Source: Chiloscyllium plagiosum (Eukaryota). Taken from it: 63,151 nucleotides of DNA. A program made the translations under genes and the position numbers. Numbering within the stretch: position 1 is the stretch's first letter; the number at the start of each line of letters is the position of its first letter. This document shows positions 1 to 13,219 of this stretch, one piece after another. A model generated the notes under the pieces. The model saw only the letters and a program-made list of their open reading frames with translations, searched no databases and was not told the DNA's origin. The stretch lies in assembly GCF_004010195.1 (NCBI RefSeq), contig NC_057711.1, positions 38,620,751 to 38,683,901 of the forward strand. Direction: 5' to 3'.

Positions 1-199
1 AACATTTGGGCAATAAATTCCAGAGAAGTGAGTTGGGATTTTAATACCTCAAGCGTACAAATAGCAGCACAAAAGGGAAAAGGTAAACGCAGCATGGGAA
101 ACAGACAGATACACGGCAAAGAGAACATTGCAACCTACTTCTACCTGCGCAGAAGACAGGTGGGAGATTCTTGGTTTCTACCAACATTGTTCCGCCTGT

Positions 200-800
200 A
201 ATCAGAGTGAAGGGAATACCTACTGCTTATGCAAAACGCTGAATTTACAGAAGCAGCGGATCTGGATGGGGTCCCCAGACTTGCAGCGCAGAGCCCGGCT
301 ACTTCTTGGACCATGGTCCCGAGGCCAGGACAAAAATCAAAAACCTTTAAGGGGCACAGAATGTTAGTGCAGCCGCCAGGACACTGCATTATCAAGTTGA
401 AATGACCTGTCCACACATACCTGCCAAACAAGTCAGAATTTTCACCGCAAAACCCCGGACTCTCACTTCCCTCCGTCCGGTTTAAAAAACTCCAACTGCA
501 CTCCGGGGGCCTTCCTGCCACCGGCGCAGGCTGTTAGCTATCTTCAGAAGTGCCTGTAGTCCTTCCATGTTAGAGCGACGAGATATTGAATCTTTGTTTT
601 CCGCTCAGATCAGTCGCAAACCGGACCGGGTTCAGTCTGTTAGTATATAATTTCTTGAATCACTTCAGATGATGGTGGAAAGGACAGGCCATGACGCGCA
701 TACAGATGGTCAGGACCAAGGGAAGGACCCCAGGAGTCCGACCACACGCGCCTGGAACATGGCGAGGGAGCCGAACATCCTGTTGACAGGTCGAGTAACT
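200..800. promoter_or_regulatory. CpG-enriched promoter region of AK6, probably bidirectional
   Basis: Locally high GC and CpG content next to AK6 exon 1; minus-strand donor-like sites (CAG|GTATGT at 421/420; AA|GTGAGA near 466). Confidence 0.55.
759..789 (+). CDS. AK6: AK6 (adenylate kinase 6 / hCINAP / Fap7) coding exon 1: MAREPNILLTG
   Basis: ATG at 759 gives PNILLTG, the N-terminus of AK6; GT donor at 790 (phase 1) joins exon 2 to build the P-loop. Confidence 0.9.
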
Positions 801-1009
801 CAAACCCCGACCAGAAAGTTACTTTTTGTTCATACCTGGATCAATATTTTTCTTTGCCGTTTCTGTTGTCTTTCGCCATGGCATCAAAACAAAACAAAAA
901 GGGAAATTGGGGATAGTATTAGATCCAAGGAAGATGCGGAGAAGTTGGCCCAAAACCGCAGACCTGAGTGGGAGCAGTTTAGATTTCAGCAAAGGACAAC
1001 AAAAGGATC

Positions 1010-2960
1010 GATTAAGAGGGGGAGAATTTCAAAGTTAGCCAGTAACACTAAGATGAGTGGTAGAGCAAAATGTGCAGAGGACGTTGGAAATCTGTAGAGT
1101 AAGTACAAAGTCTGGAAATGTGTTGCTGGAAAAGCGCAGCAGGTCAGGCAGCATCCAGGGAACAGGAGAATCGACGTTTCGGGCATAAGCCCATCTTCCT
1201 GAAGAAGGGCTTATGCCTGAAACGTCGATTCTCCTGTTCCCTGGATGCTGCCTGACCTGCTGCGCTTTTCCAGTAACACATTTCCAGCTCTGATCTCCAG
1301 CATCTGCAGACCTCACTTTCTCCTCTAAGTACAAAGTCTGCAGAGTGAGTGGGCAAAGGTCTGGCAGATGGATCCAATGTTGGTAAACGTGAGGTCATCC
1401 ATTTTGGTAGGAATAACCGCAAAATAGATTATTATTTATACAGTGAAAAATTGCAGCATGTTGCTGTGCAGAGCGACCTGGGTGTTCTTGTGTATGAATC
1501 TTAAAAAGGTGGTTTTTAGATGCAGTGATTGATTTAAGAAGGCAAGTAGAATATTGTCTTCCCTTGCTCGAGGGATGAAGTTTAAAGACAGGGAGGTTAT
1601 GCAGCAGCTATGTAGGGTGCTGGTGAGGCCACACCTGAAGTACTGTGTACAGTTTTGGTCTCCCTCCATGAGAAAGAATGTACTGGCACTGGAGGGAGTG
1701 CAGAGGAGGTTCACTAGATTGATTCTGGAGTTGAGAGGGTTGGTTTATGAAGAGAGATTGGGTAGAGACTATACTAAGTAGAATTTAGAAAAACTGAGGA
1801 GGGGAGAGGAAGGAAGGACTTATACAAGAATATATAAATTCAGAAGGGAATATATAAGATAGAGGCAGGGAGGTTGTTTCCACTGGCAGGTGAAACTAGA
1901 ATTGGGGGCAAAGCTCAAAATAAGGGGGAGCAGATTTAGGACTGAGTTGAGGAAGAACTTCTACACTCAAAGCGTTGTGAATCTGTGGATTTTCCTTTCC
2001 AGTGAAGAAGTTGAGACTACCTCATTGAATGTTTTAAGGCAAAGATAGATTTTTGAATAGTAAAGGAATTAAGGATTATGGTGAGTGGGTGGATAAGTGG
2101 AACTAAGTCCACAAAAAAGATTAGTCATGATCTTATTGAATGGCGGAGCAAGCTCAATGGGCCTACTCCTATTCTTATTTCTTACGTTCTTATGAATAAA
2201 GTACAAGAATAAACTTGCGGGGAATATACAAACTGATTCTAAAAGCTTTTATGGCGATGTAAAGTGAAAAAGCTTGGTGGAAACAATTACATTCAGAAAC
2301 AGGGGAAGTTAGAATGGAGAACAAAGAAACGACAGACCAACTAAATCCATATTTTGGTTCTGTGTTGCAAAGGAGGACTCAATAACATCCCACAAATGGT
2401 GGGGAACACAGGACCAAATGAGAGAGAGGAATCCAAGAAAATCACTGTTCGTGGGGAAATGGTGTTCGGGAAATTGATGGGACTAAAGGCGGTTAAATCC
2501 CCAGGGCCCGAAAATCTACATCCCAGAGAACCCTAAGAAAGTGGCCCAAGAAATACTGGATGCATTGATGATCAACTTTCAAGATTTCAAAATATAAAAT
2601 TTTGAAAGGACCAGACAGGGTAAACACAAAGAATGTTCCCGTTTACCAGGGAGTCCAGAACCAGAGGTCGCAGTTTAGGATACAACATGGGCCATTTTGG
2701 ACCGAGATGAGGGGAAAGTTCTTCACCCAGAGAGTGATGAGCCTCTGGAGATCTCTGCCACAGAAAGTGGTTGAGACGAAAACATTGAATTGTTTCAAAA
2801 AAGAGTTCTGTGTGGTTTTAAGATCTAAAGCGATAAGAAGGTATGGAGAGAAAACAGGAATTGGACAGTGAGTTCGATGATCAGCCTGATCATATTTAAT
2901 GGTGGAGGATGCTGGAAGTTCTGAATGGCCTAATCCTACTCTTAGTTTCACTGTTTCTAT
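1010..2960 (+). mobile_element. Cluster of decayed CR1 LINE ORF2 and 3' fragments
   Basis: LVRPHLKYCVQFWSP, VQRRFTRLI, KSPGP, FFTQRV motifs with stops and frameshifts. Confidence 0.85.
1115..1325 (+). mobile_element. Penelope-like hairpin insertion (inverted pLTR plus 3' tail) inside a CR1 fragment
   Basis: About 80-bp inverted arms (1112-1192 / 1207-1287); 15-bp TSD taagtacaaagtctg at 1100-1114 and 1326-1340; hammerhead core at 1199-1226. Confidence 0.85.
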
Positions 2961-3939
2961 GTAGTTCAGTTCATTCCCACAATGCATTCAACTGGAATAA
3001 GTGCTTTCTAAAATGAAGACTGTTGAAATGAGATTTTGATCTAAAATATCAGTTATTCCTAATGAACCATATATAGTATTTTTCTAAAATGTTTGCAGTT
3101 TTTTAGCACCTTTTAATATAATAAAAATTCCCATTTGCAATCCACTGCATTCCAGGAGATTATCACTCAAAAATTGATACTGAGATCAAGAAGATGGCCT
3201 AAATGCAAGTGATCAAAAATCTGGCCAAGGAGATCAATTTTAAGGGGCATCTTAGAAGACATGCATAGAGGTTTGTGGCCTGGACTTTGGAGGAATGCAA
3301 TGTCTTAGGGTTGGGAGAGTTTACTGAGATAGTGTGAATTAAATTCATCAGGATCAGAACATAATCAGGATTGTAAATGGGGAGGTATTGGGAATTCATT
3401 CATTCATTGAACACGGTGATTTATTTATGTACAACACATGACTGCATGAATGCATCATGTTTACTGCAGAGAAACAGACCATTGAGTTCAACTATTTCCA
3501 TGCTCATATTTGTGTTCTGATTACCTTCACTCCACATCTAACTTCAACAGTTTCACGTTCTGTTCCCTGAGATTAGAACAAATTTTTTTTTGCTGGTCTG
3601 TGAAATGTGGAATTATTTTCACCAAAAAGCTGTGGACAGTGGGCTATTGAATTTGTACAAGGCAGAGTTAGATAAATGTTCAATAGACGAGAAAGTCAAA
3701 AATTGGGGGAGGGTCTGACAAAAAACTGGATTGAGACCACAACCAGGTCAACCATGATCTTATTGAATTGTGCAGTAAACTTGTAGGGGTGAAAGGCCTG
3801 CTTTTGTTCTGAGGTCCTGCGTTTGTAAATCTTGCTCAGCCTGCTACAGTAATCAGGAGACGGTAATATTGGTGTGGAGTTTGTAGGAGGGTTGGATGAT
3901 TATGATTTTAGTGTTAATAGGAAATTATCATCAGAAATA

Positions 3940-4700
3940 TGGACTGTGTAGAGCAAACGCCTCAAATCCATCGAGAGTCGTTACCAGTGGTGCCTGCGCA
4001 AAATCCTGCAAATTGACTGGCAAGAGAGACATACAAACAAGAATGCTCTCACCCAGGCCAATATCCCCAGTATTGTGGCACTGGGTAGGCACAACCAGCT
4101 GCAGGCCACTTTGTCCGTACGCATGACACAAGACTCCCTAAACGAGTGTTGAGAGTGTAGTGCTGGAAAAGCATAGCAGGTCAAGCAGCATCCGAGGTGC
4201 AGGAGAATCAACAATTCTGACATAAGCCCTTCATCAGGAATGAAGGTTGTGGGTTGATGCTGAGAGATAAATGGGAGGGGGGTGGGGGTTGGGGAAAGGT
4301 AGCTGAGAAAGCGATAGGTGGATCAAGGTGAAGGAGAAGATGATAGATTGGGGGGGAAATGATGGACAGGTCCGGAGGGTGGTGCCAAGTTGGGCGCTTG
4401 GGACTGGGATAATGTGGGGTGAGGGGAAATAAGGAAGCTGTTGAAAGTGGCCCACTCCAAGCTTCCGAATGGTAAGTGATCACTAGGATGTCAGAAGGAA
4501 TGTTACAAAGACATTCTGAAAACCTCCATAAGCAAATGCATTGCTTGCCCAGAATGTGCAAACTGGAGAAGGCAGCAACTACTTGAAGAATCATTGAGTG
4601 GAGCATGTGGAGGCCATGCACCAGCAGTGGAAAGAATGCAGAGAAGCAGAGTGTCCTATCCATTTGTCTCCTCAAACACCACCTGCCCCACTTGTGGCAG
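3940..4700 (+). mobile_element. RTE-clade LINE 3' fragment (split by the Penelope-like piece)
   Basis: QWCLRKILQIDWQERHTN, an RTE-type C-terminal motif, at about 3984-4040. Confidence 0.6.
4140..4445 (-). mobile_element. Penelope-like pLTR fragment (degenerate hammerhead) interrupting an RTE LINE
   Basis: Same ctggaaaagca..caggtca.gcagcatcc motif as the 1115 and 44240 elements; cccttcatcaggaatg. Confidence 0.7.
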
Positions 4701-6004
4701 TGTCTGCAGCTCCCAGTTTGGACAATTCCTACCTCCCCTCAAAGTGGAATCAAGTCATCCTCAGCCCTGAGGCACGAGCAAAGAAGCAAAAAGTAACTGA
4801 AGAGAATTGTGATTTCTCTATGATGGTCTCACAATCCAATCTTTGAACATAGGAAGTAGAACATGGAAGAGTGGAGAGTTCAGTCTGAGTGCTATCAGCA
4901 TGTATGTGAAAGTTGACTCAATTTTGTTGTCATGACAAGCAGCATATATAAATAAGAGAGAATGGCTTCATTGGGGTCAATTGTATTAGTGTGGAAAGAA
5001 GTCATTGCTGGCAGCCCTGTGGCTCCATTCTGAGGATAAAAGTGCAACCAGACTTGACCAGTTTTTTTTAATGGAGGAAAAGTGTTAAAGAATTGTTTGG
5101 TTAACTGCATCAGTAGCTGCAGACAGGTGAAGGATGATGAGAAAATACAGTGACATGGTAAAATTAGATACTTGGTGTTTTGCCCTGAGTAGATTCGATG
5201 GACGAAGGACCTTTTTCTGTGCTATTGACATCGCTTACTCTCTGGTCACATTGACGTAAGGCAAATTCTTAGCTTGATAAAGGTGATGGCATGGGAAAGA
5301 TGTTATGGATCAATATGGGAATAGATTTTGGAGGTGAAAACACCTTTAAGGACTTTGGACAGGAACATGAAGTTGAAGAAGGGGAGCAGGATTTGAGGAA
5401 AGATGAGCATAATTAACAATGACAACTCGTGTAGTGATTGAGGGAATTCAGATGGCCACCAGTTTATTGGAATGGCATCAAGGGAGTAGGACGTGTGTTT
5501 GATGGACAAAAACAACAGGCTATAAGTTGTCAAAGGCACAGAAGTTTTAGGTTAAAGTAGCAGCTGCAGCTGAGCAGTTGGACAAAGTAATTCATAAGCT
5601 GCTCACTTAAGGGAAAGAAGTTTAAGGAGAGAATGGTAGAGAAAGTCTGTTTATTAACTTTGTTCTCTAAGGTAATCCTGAGAGAGTGAGCTGGCTTTGC
5701 AGGTAAGTTTGAAGTCTGGTGATCCATTATTGAATAATTAATTCAATTTGCACACGAGCTGCCAAAGTCTGCACCCATAAGGACAAAGAACAGGGGTGAG
5801 AGAGAATAAGGACAGAAAACAAGAATATCAAAGGTGGAGTTGGTGGAATATAAATTTCGAGAAGTCTGAGTATCTGTCTTCAATAGTTTTATTTATTGTA
5901 GCCTAACATTTTACCGAGCAGATTAAGGCATCACCTATCAGAAGTCATATTTCTTAAGGGTTAACCTGGATTGTATATAGTGAAACTTCACCCTGTTGTT
6001 TTAA

Positions 6005-6190
<186 letters not shown>

Positions 6191-6769
6191 TAAAATGAGT
6201 TATCATGTAATCCACCCAGTTTACATCTCAGCTTAATGTAACTACTAGAATTGTCTGCTGTCAGATCTTGTACAAATCCATTTGTTGCTGAAAAAGTTGT
6301 TATTTTTGAGAGCTGGAATTGACAATAGCGCTCAATAGTATTTACTGGCAGTCTTGATTAGCATGACTGTCTTTTAATTTCTTGACTAATTTTCCATGCA
6401 TTTAAGGTACGATGGAATATTCTTTATCATTATACGATTGAAGTTTTTGAATCCAAACACTGAGTTAACCCAATACTGAATCTTTGAGAGTTTCACAAGA
6501 GATTTTTATCATTCACATGAATTTTTCTTGCCTTAGTAACATCAAAAGGAATGTATTTATTCATTTTCAAAACAAGTAGGAGTTGGTAAAGGTCTTATGC
6601 TTGCATAGAGATGTTTTAAAATCTGCAATTCCAGGATGTGAAATGTAAATGAAAGCATAGGGCAATTTTAAAAAAAAATTGTGTTGGATAATAGAGAACT
6701 CAGTTGACCCTGTTTTCATAACGATTCTTACACCGCCGCATCAGTTTACCTGATTAATGCAACTGCCTA

Positions 6770-7053
6770 GTGACATTATCATTGAACTATTAATCCAGAT
6801 GTTCTGTGACCCAGATTCAAATCCCGCTATGCCAGAGGCTGGAATTTGAATTCAGTAAGAATCTAATGGTGATCATGAATTCATTGTTGATTGTCAAGAA
6901 AACCCATCTGGTTCACTAATGTCCTGGTCTGGCTGATCTGTGACTGCAGAGCCACAGCAATGTGGTTGACTCCTAAGTGTCCTCCTGACAATTAGGCACG
7001 GACAATAAATGTTGGTCGAGCCAGCGATGCCCGCATCTCATGAATGAATAAAA
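6770..7053 (+). mobile_element. tRNA-derived SINE of a second family (SacSINE1/DeuSINE-like); related decayed copies near 33345-33680, 42480-43135 and 27560-27640
   Basis: B-box-like agattcaaatccc, aaacccatctggttcactaatgtcc core, caataaatg...atgaatgaataaaa tail; family name from recall. Confidence 0.55.
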
Positions 7054-7201
7054 ACATTTTCTTTTGTTAAGACTTGTACAAGTCCATAGTGTTCAAGTAA
7101 ATTGATAGACATTTTACATTCAGCAAAACAATGGAAAGTAATAAGTTGAAACTTTATTGCTGGAACAGCACAGCAGGTCAGGCAGCATCCAGGGAACAGG
7201 A

Positions 7202-7239
7202 GATTCGACGTTTCGGGCACAGGCCCTTCTTCAGGAATC
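7202..7239 (-). ncRNA. Minimal type I hammerhead motif, identical to the 23482 copy, in AK6 intron 2 (antisense)
   Basis: Reverse complement of 7143-7240 equals 23481-23578 by eye. Confidence 0.85.
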
Positions 7240-7406
7240 ATTGCTCAGTCCTGCTATTATTACAGGGTTTCATGTATATAATATAATATATAATGTATCA
7301 GTTATACATTTTGCTTGCATTATATTTGCAAAGTGTGTGTTGATGTAATTTATTTATCCCTAGCTTTCTCTCAGGATTTATTGTGCTGATTGGAAAGATG
7401 ATGTAA

Positions 7407-7505
<99 letters not shown>

Positions 7506-8279
7506 TGATATAAAACCATACTATAACGCAAAATGATTTTGAATATAGTAATTTTCCCATGTCCATTCTTTTGTTTAAATATTTATTAAATATACACTTG
7601 CTGCTAATTTTATAGTATCTTATTGAAGTTTTAGATTCTGATTAAATTGATCAGACTTGTCGAGTCAAGACAGTTAGACAAACTTCCAATTATCTTTTTC
7701 TTCTTTGGGTATACTTTGAGTGGGCTGAAATGGACTTTGTGATGTCTAAATAAACATTTTCCAGCTCTTCTCAGCTCAATATTTAAATACTTAATGACTA
7801 TCTCATGGTTTATAACTATCTAGGAGTCAAATAAAGTTCAATTTGGAGTTTAGATTATTTTCCATCATTCATTTACACTTGGAATACTGTGTTCAGTTCC
7901 AGATACCACACTTTGTGATTAGCACTGGTCTCAGATTTAGTAGAACTATATCAGAATTCCAAGTAGGAGTTTTACATAAATTAGGAATTTACACAAAGTA
8001 CGGATGGATTCCTTGGAAGGTTATGATGTAACTTGATTAAAGCTTTAAAGATATTGCAGGGAACTTATACAGTAGTTACTACTTCTGCTGATCGGAAAAT
8101 CTAAGAGAGTCTAAAAATGAGAGCTGTTCCGTTGCAGGCGCAAAGTCTGGAAATGCCTTGATATACGAAAGGTGGTAAATTTTCTCCCTTCTCTGTAAAC
8201 GTTAGTTGAAACTGAGTCAATTTCTAATTTTATTTCTGAGATTGATGCCTTTTAATCAAAGGGGTTATTAACAAAATAC

Positions 8280-9500
8280 AAAAGAACTTAATAGAGTTCT
8301 TTGAGGAAGTGACCAAGTTGATAGATGAAGTAAGGGCTGTTGATGTCATATACATGGACTTTAGTAAGGCGTTTGATAAGGTTCCCCATGGTAAACTAAT
8401 GGAGAAAGTGAAGTCACATGGTGTGCAGGGTGTTCTAGCAAGGTGGATAAAGAACTGGTTGAGCAACAGGAGACAGAGAGTAGTAGTTGAAGGGAGTTTC
8501 TAAAAATGGAGAAAGGTTACCAGTGGTATTCCACAGGGATCAGTGCTGGGGCCACTGTTGTTCGTGATATTCATAAGTGATCTGGAAGAGGCACTATTGT
8601 ATGATCAGCAGGTTTGCAGATGACACTAAGATTGTTGGAGTAGTAGAAAGGGACTGTCAAAGAATACAGGAGAATATAGATAGACTGGAGAGTTGGGTGG
8701 AGAAGTGGCAGATGGAGTTCAATCCAGGCAAATGTGAGGTGATGCATTTTGGGAAGTCTAATTCTAGAGCGAATTATACTGTGAACGGAAGAGACTTGGA
8801 AGAAGTTGATGAGCCTGGAGATCTGTGAGTTCAGGTCCATTGTATCCTGAAGGTTGCTGCACAGGTGGACAGAGTGGTCAAGAAAGCATATGGTATGCTT
8901 GCCTTCATCGGACAGGGTATTGAGTATAAGGGCTGGCAGGTCATGTTAAAATTGTACAAGACATTGGTTTGGCTGCATTTAGAATACTGTTCTGGTCGCC
9001 ACATTACTAAAAGGATGTAGATGCTTTGGAGAGGGTGCAGAGAAGGTTTATGAGGATGTTGCCTGGTATGGAAGGTGCTAGCTATGAAGACAGGTTTGTT
9101 TTGATTAGAAAAAAAGAGATTGAGGGGGTACCTGATTGAGGTCTACAAAATCATGAGGGGTACAGACAGGGTAGATAGAGATAAGCTCCTTCCCAGGGTG
9201 AAGGATTCAATAACAAGACATTCAAGGTGAGAGGTAAATAGTTTAAAGGTATACATGCAGCAAGTACTTTACACAGAGGGTGGTAGGTGCCTGGAACCCA
9301 TTGCCAGCAGAGGTAGTAGAGGCAGGCATGGTAGATTCATTTAAGGTGCATCTGTACACTTGCATGAGTAGTTGGAGAGCAGAGGGGTACAGATGCTTAA
9401 GAGTTGGGCGACAGGTTTAGACAGTGAATTTGGATAGGCTCAGGCCTGGAAGACCGAAGGGCCTGTTCCTGGGTAGTAAATTTTCTTTGTTCTTTGTAAT
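8280..9500 (+). mobile_element. 5'-truncated CR1 LINE
   Basis: DVIYMDFSKAFDKVPH, FADDTK, WQMEFN; CR1-type 3' UTR. Confidence 0.9.
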
Positions 9501-9807
9501 GTCTTAGATTAATAGAAATCTATGGGACAAAGTTTGGATTATGAAGTCAGGTCACAGATCAGCCAGGATCTTATTGAATTTTGACATAGTCATAGAGATG
9601 TACAGCACAGAAACAGACCCTTCAGTCCAACTTGTCCACGGCGACCAGATATCCTAACCCAATCTCGTCCTACTTGCCAGCGCACGGCCCATATTCCCAC
9701 CAAACCCTTCCTTTTCATTTACCCATCCAGAATGCCTTTTAAATGTTGTAATTAAACTAGCCTCCACCACTTCCTCTGGCAGCTCATTCCATACACGTAC
9801 CACCCTC

Positions 9808-9981
9808 AGTCCAAAGATGTATAGGTCAGGTGAATTGGCCATGCTAAATTGCCCATAGTTAGGTGCGTTAGTCAGGAGTAAGTATAGGGTATGGGTCTGG
9901 GTGGGATACTGTTCAGAGGGTCGGTGTGGACTTGCTGGGCCAAAGGGCCTGTTTCCATACTGTAGGGAATCTAATCTAATC
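9808..9981 (+). mobile_element. 5'-truncated HE1-like SINE inserted in CR1
   Basis: 3' half of the SINE with aatctaatctaat tail. Confidence 0.8.
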
Positions 9982-10709
9982 TCTGTGTGAAAATGTTGCC
10001 CGTTAGGTCTCTTTTTATATCTTTCCCCTTTCATCCTGAACCTATGCCCTCTAGTTCTGGACTCCCCAACCCCAGGGAAAATACTTTGTCTGTTTATCCT
10101 ATTCATGTCCCTCATGATTTCATAAACCTCTATAAGGTCACCCCTCAGCCTCTGACGCTCCAGGGAAAACAGCCCTCGCCTATTCAATCTTTCCCTATAG
10201 CTCAAATCCTCCAACCCTGGCAACATCCTTGTAAATCTTTTCTGAACTCTTTCAAGTTTCACAACATCTTTCCAATAGGAAGGAGACCAGAATTGCATGC
10301 AATATTCCAACAGTGCCTTAACCAATGTCCTGTACAACTGCAACATGACCTCCCAACTCCTGTACTCTGACCAATAAAAGAAAGCATACCTTCTTCACTA
10401 TCCTATCCACCTGCCACTCCACTTTCAAGGAGCTATGAACCTGCACTCCAAGGTCTGTTTGTTCAGCAACATTCCCTAGGACCTTAACATTAAGTGTAAA
10501 AGTCCTGCTAAGATTTGCTTTCCCAAAATGCAGCACCTCGCATTTATCTGAATTAAACTCCATCTGCCACTTCTCAGTCCATTGGCCCATCTGGTCAAGA
10601 TCCTGTTGTAATCTGAGGTAACCTTTTTCGCTGTCCACTACACCTCTAATTTTGGTGTCATCTGCAAACTTACTAACTGTACCTCATATGCTCACATCCA
10701 AATCTTTTA

Positions 10710-11464
10710 CAGGGAAACCTCCATTATCTGAATGAGATGGGTGGGCACTATTTCGTTCGGATAATCGATTAAGTGCTTTTCCTCTGGAGCTCGTAATTTT
10801 TAAAGTCTGCTCCCCATTCAGGAGACTAGCAGCAGCACACCGCGTGTGAACCACTGCCCCCGCCTACCCCCAAACCACTTCCAACACCGCTCGCGCTCCA
10901 ACCTGGTCCAACACCACCTCCCACTCCCCAACCCCGTCCAACACCTCANNNNNNNNNNNNNNNNNNNNNNNNNNNNNCCCCGTCCAACACCTTTCCCCCG
11001 GCCGCACCCAACTGCGTCCAACACCGCCCCGCGCCCCCCAACCCCATCCAACACCCCCACCCCGTGCCCCAAACCCATCCAACAGTGGACTGGTCACTAA
11101 CAACAAGGCTGCTGCTGCCTTTGTGGGGTAAGTCTCCAAATAGCGCGCACACAGCCACAGACACAACTTTTTACAGCAACTTTTTGACAGGTTCCAAGTT
11201 TGCCCAGTATAGGACAATGTTGGAGAAATTATCTGGGGAAGGGGTTTTAGGGTACACCCCTCTGTAGAATTCCAGGGAAAGTGTGGGGAGAGAGAGGGCT
11301 GGAGGTCATTGATTTGGAGACGGTGCCTGTTTATTCACTAAACAAAAGACATGATCAGTGTTGGAAACATGTCTTTAATGTAATGTTTCTATCGGGACCT
11401 CAAGATCTCCTTTGGATAATCCGATTTTTGGATAATTGGTATTCAGATAATCGAGGTTCCTTTT
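10710..11464. mobile_element. Non-autonomous Tc1/mariner-superfamily (pogo/Tigger-like) DNA element
   Basis: TA-flanked imperfect TIRs cagggaaacctccattatc / gataatcgaggttcctttt; C-rich interior; homologous to 23936-24952. Confidence 0.75.
10949..10977. other. Assembly gap (29 N)
   Basis: Run of N inside the C-rich interior of the MITE. Confidence 1.
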
Positions 11465-12578
11465 TATATACATTATGAAAAGTAGTGGACCCAGCACTGA
11501 TTCTTGTGGCACTCCACTGGTCACAGGCCTCCAGTCTGAAAAACAAACCTCCACCACCACCCTCTCTCTTCTACCTTTGAGCCAGTTCCATATCCAAATG
11601 GTGAGTTCTCCCAGTATTCCATTAGATCTAACCTTGCTCACCAGTCTCCCATAGGAAACCTTGTTGAACACCTTACTTGAAGTTCATATAGATCACATCT
11701 AGCGCTCTGCCCTCATCAATCCTCTTTGTTACATCTTCAAAAATCTCTATCAAGTTTGTGAGACATGATTGGAACAGACTCCAGGGGCTAAAAATAGCCT
11801 ATAATTTTCTTTCTTGCCCTCCTCTACCAAATATATATTTTAAGATATTTCAGCTCATGATTTCAACTTTTAAAATTTTAATTTTCACAAGAATAATGAG
11901 GTCTCTAACATATTCTTGGCTTTCACTGTATGTGATTGAATGACTAGATTTTTTTAGATCATGCTCCAGCAAATCAAATGAATTACTGATCTTAAAAAAA
12001 AAACTCTGCATTATCTATTAATGTAAAGGACCCCAGGTCTGTAATTTATTTTGTTCTGTCTTTTAATCTTTGTTTGTGGTCCCTCTTGTCAGCTATGGCT
12101 CCACCAGCTTCAGCAGCACTTTAATGCATCTTCCAAGAGCCATTGTGTGCCATGTCTGTGCTAGATTGGCAGGGTTTATCAGTCTGGAGTGAAGCTGTTT
12201 AGTGCCTTTGCTCAATATCCAAACAGCACAAATCACTGGATGGTGGTTATGATCAGAATTATGCCTGGTTCAACCCCATCCACTAAACATGAAGACATTA
12301 ACATTAATTTTAACACCACATTGCTGCTCTGAACTCAGTGCAGATGTGAAATGAGACTGTGCGCATCGCTAAGTGAAATATTTATCCACTCATTCATTCA
12401 TTGAAGTTTTTTTTGGGAGATCCACTACAAGCTGAGCTTCACTCAATCACAAATGTTTTACCACACAGTAACAAATTTACTGTTCAATTTTGAGCCAAAA
12501 TCTGTATATCTATATTTTCACATACGTGTACGCACCTGTGTGTTTGATAGCTATTATAGTACATTCATATAAATTTAA

Positions 12579-12782
<204 letters not shown>

Positions 12783-13119
12783 TAAAATTCAGTTTACTCA
12801 AAATATTCTTGATGCACATTTGCACTGTTTACGTAAAAGTCATTTCCTCTCCAGCCACACTCACAAAACAATCATCCTAGGGACTCAGTATTTTTCTTCA
12901 GGTCAGGGAACAGATAATTGTATATAATCGTAAATAATATTGTTTCCTAGACACTGGCCATCTTTCTGTATCTTGTTCAAATGGCTATTAATTTTTGAGC
13001 TTTTGTTTTTTGAGGATATATGAACTCAGTGGTAAATTCACTTGAGCCCAGGCTTGTTTTTAAACACAGTTTTCATACAAGCATGTTTGGAAGACAATAT
13101 GGTTACCAGTCAGAAGGTG

Positions 13120-13215
13120 CTAGTGCTTCCAAATAAACCTGTTGGACTATAACCTGGTGTTGTGTGATTTTTAACTTTGTCCACCCCAGTCCAACACCAG
13201 CTCCTCCACGTCATG
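13120..13215 (+). mobile_element. 3' tail of another Penelope-like family
   Basis: gcttccaaataaacctgttggactataacctggtg...ccagtccaacacc with a short internal inverted repeat; family recalled, not verified. Confidence 0.45.
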
Positions 13216-13219
13216 ATTG

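Larger units (their letters stand above)
9585..11770 (-). mobile_element. 5'-truncated CR1 (HER1-like) LINE interrupted by a SINE fragment and a MITE
   Basis: RT and C-terminal motifs in ORFs 9654-10346, 10318-10638 and 11375-11671. Confidence 0.9.

Noticed and set aside
141-521. 126-aa minus-strand ORF as the RAD17 N-terminus
   Set aside because: Non-ATG start and no similarity to the RAD17 sequence I recall
1112-1287. Hairpin as a miRNA precursor or a DNA-transposon MITE
   Set aside because: The 15-bp TSD, asymmetric tail and homology to a GIY-YIG-bearing element point to a Penelope-like retro-insertion
10818-11267. Pro/Gly-rich ORFs, also at 23991-24570
   Set aside because: Low-complexity C-rich MITE interiors; one spans an N gap
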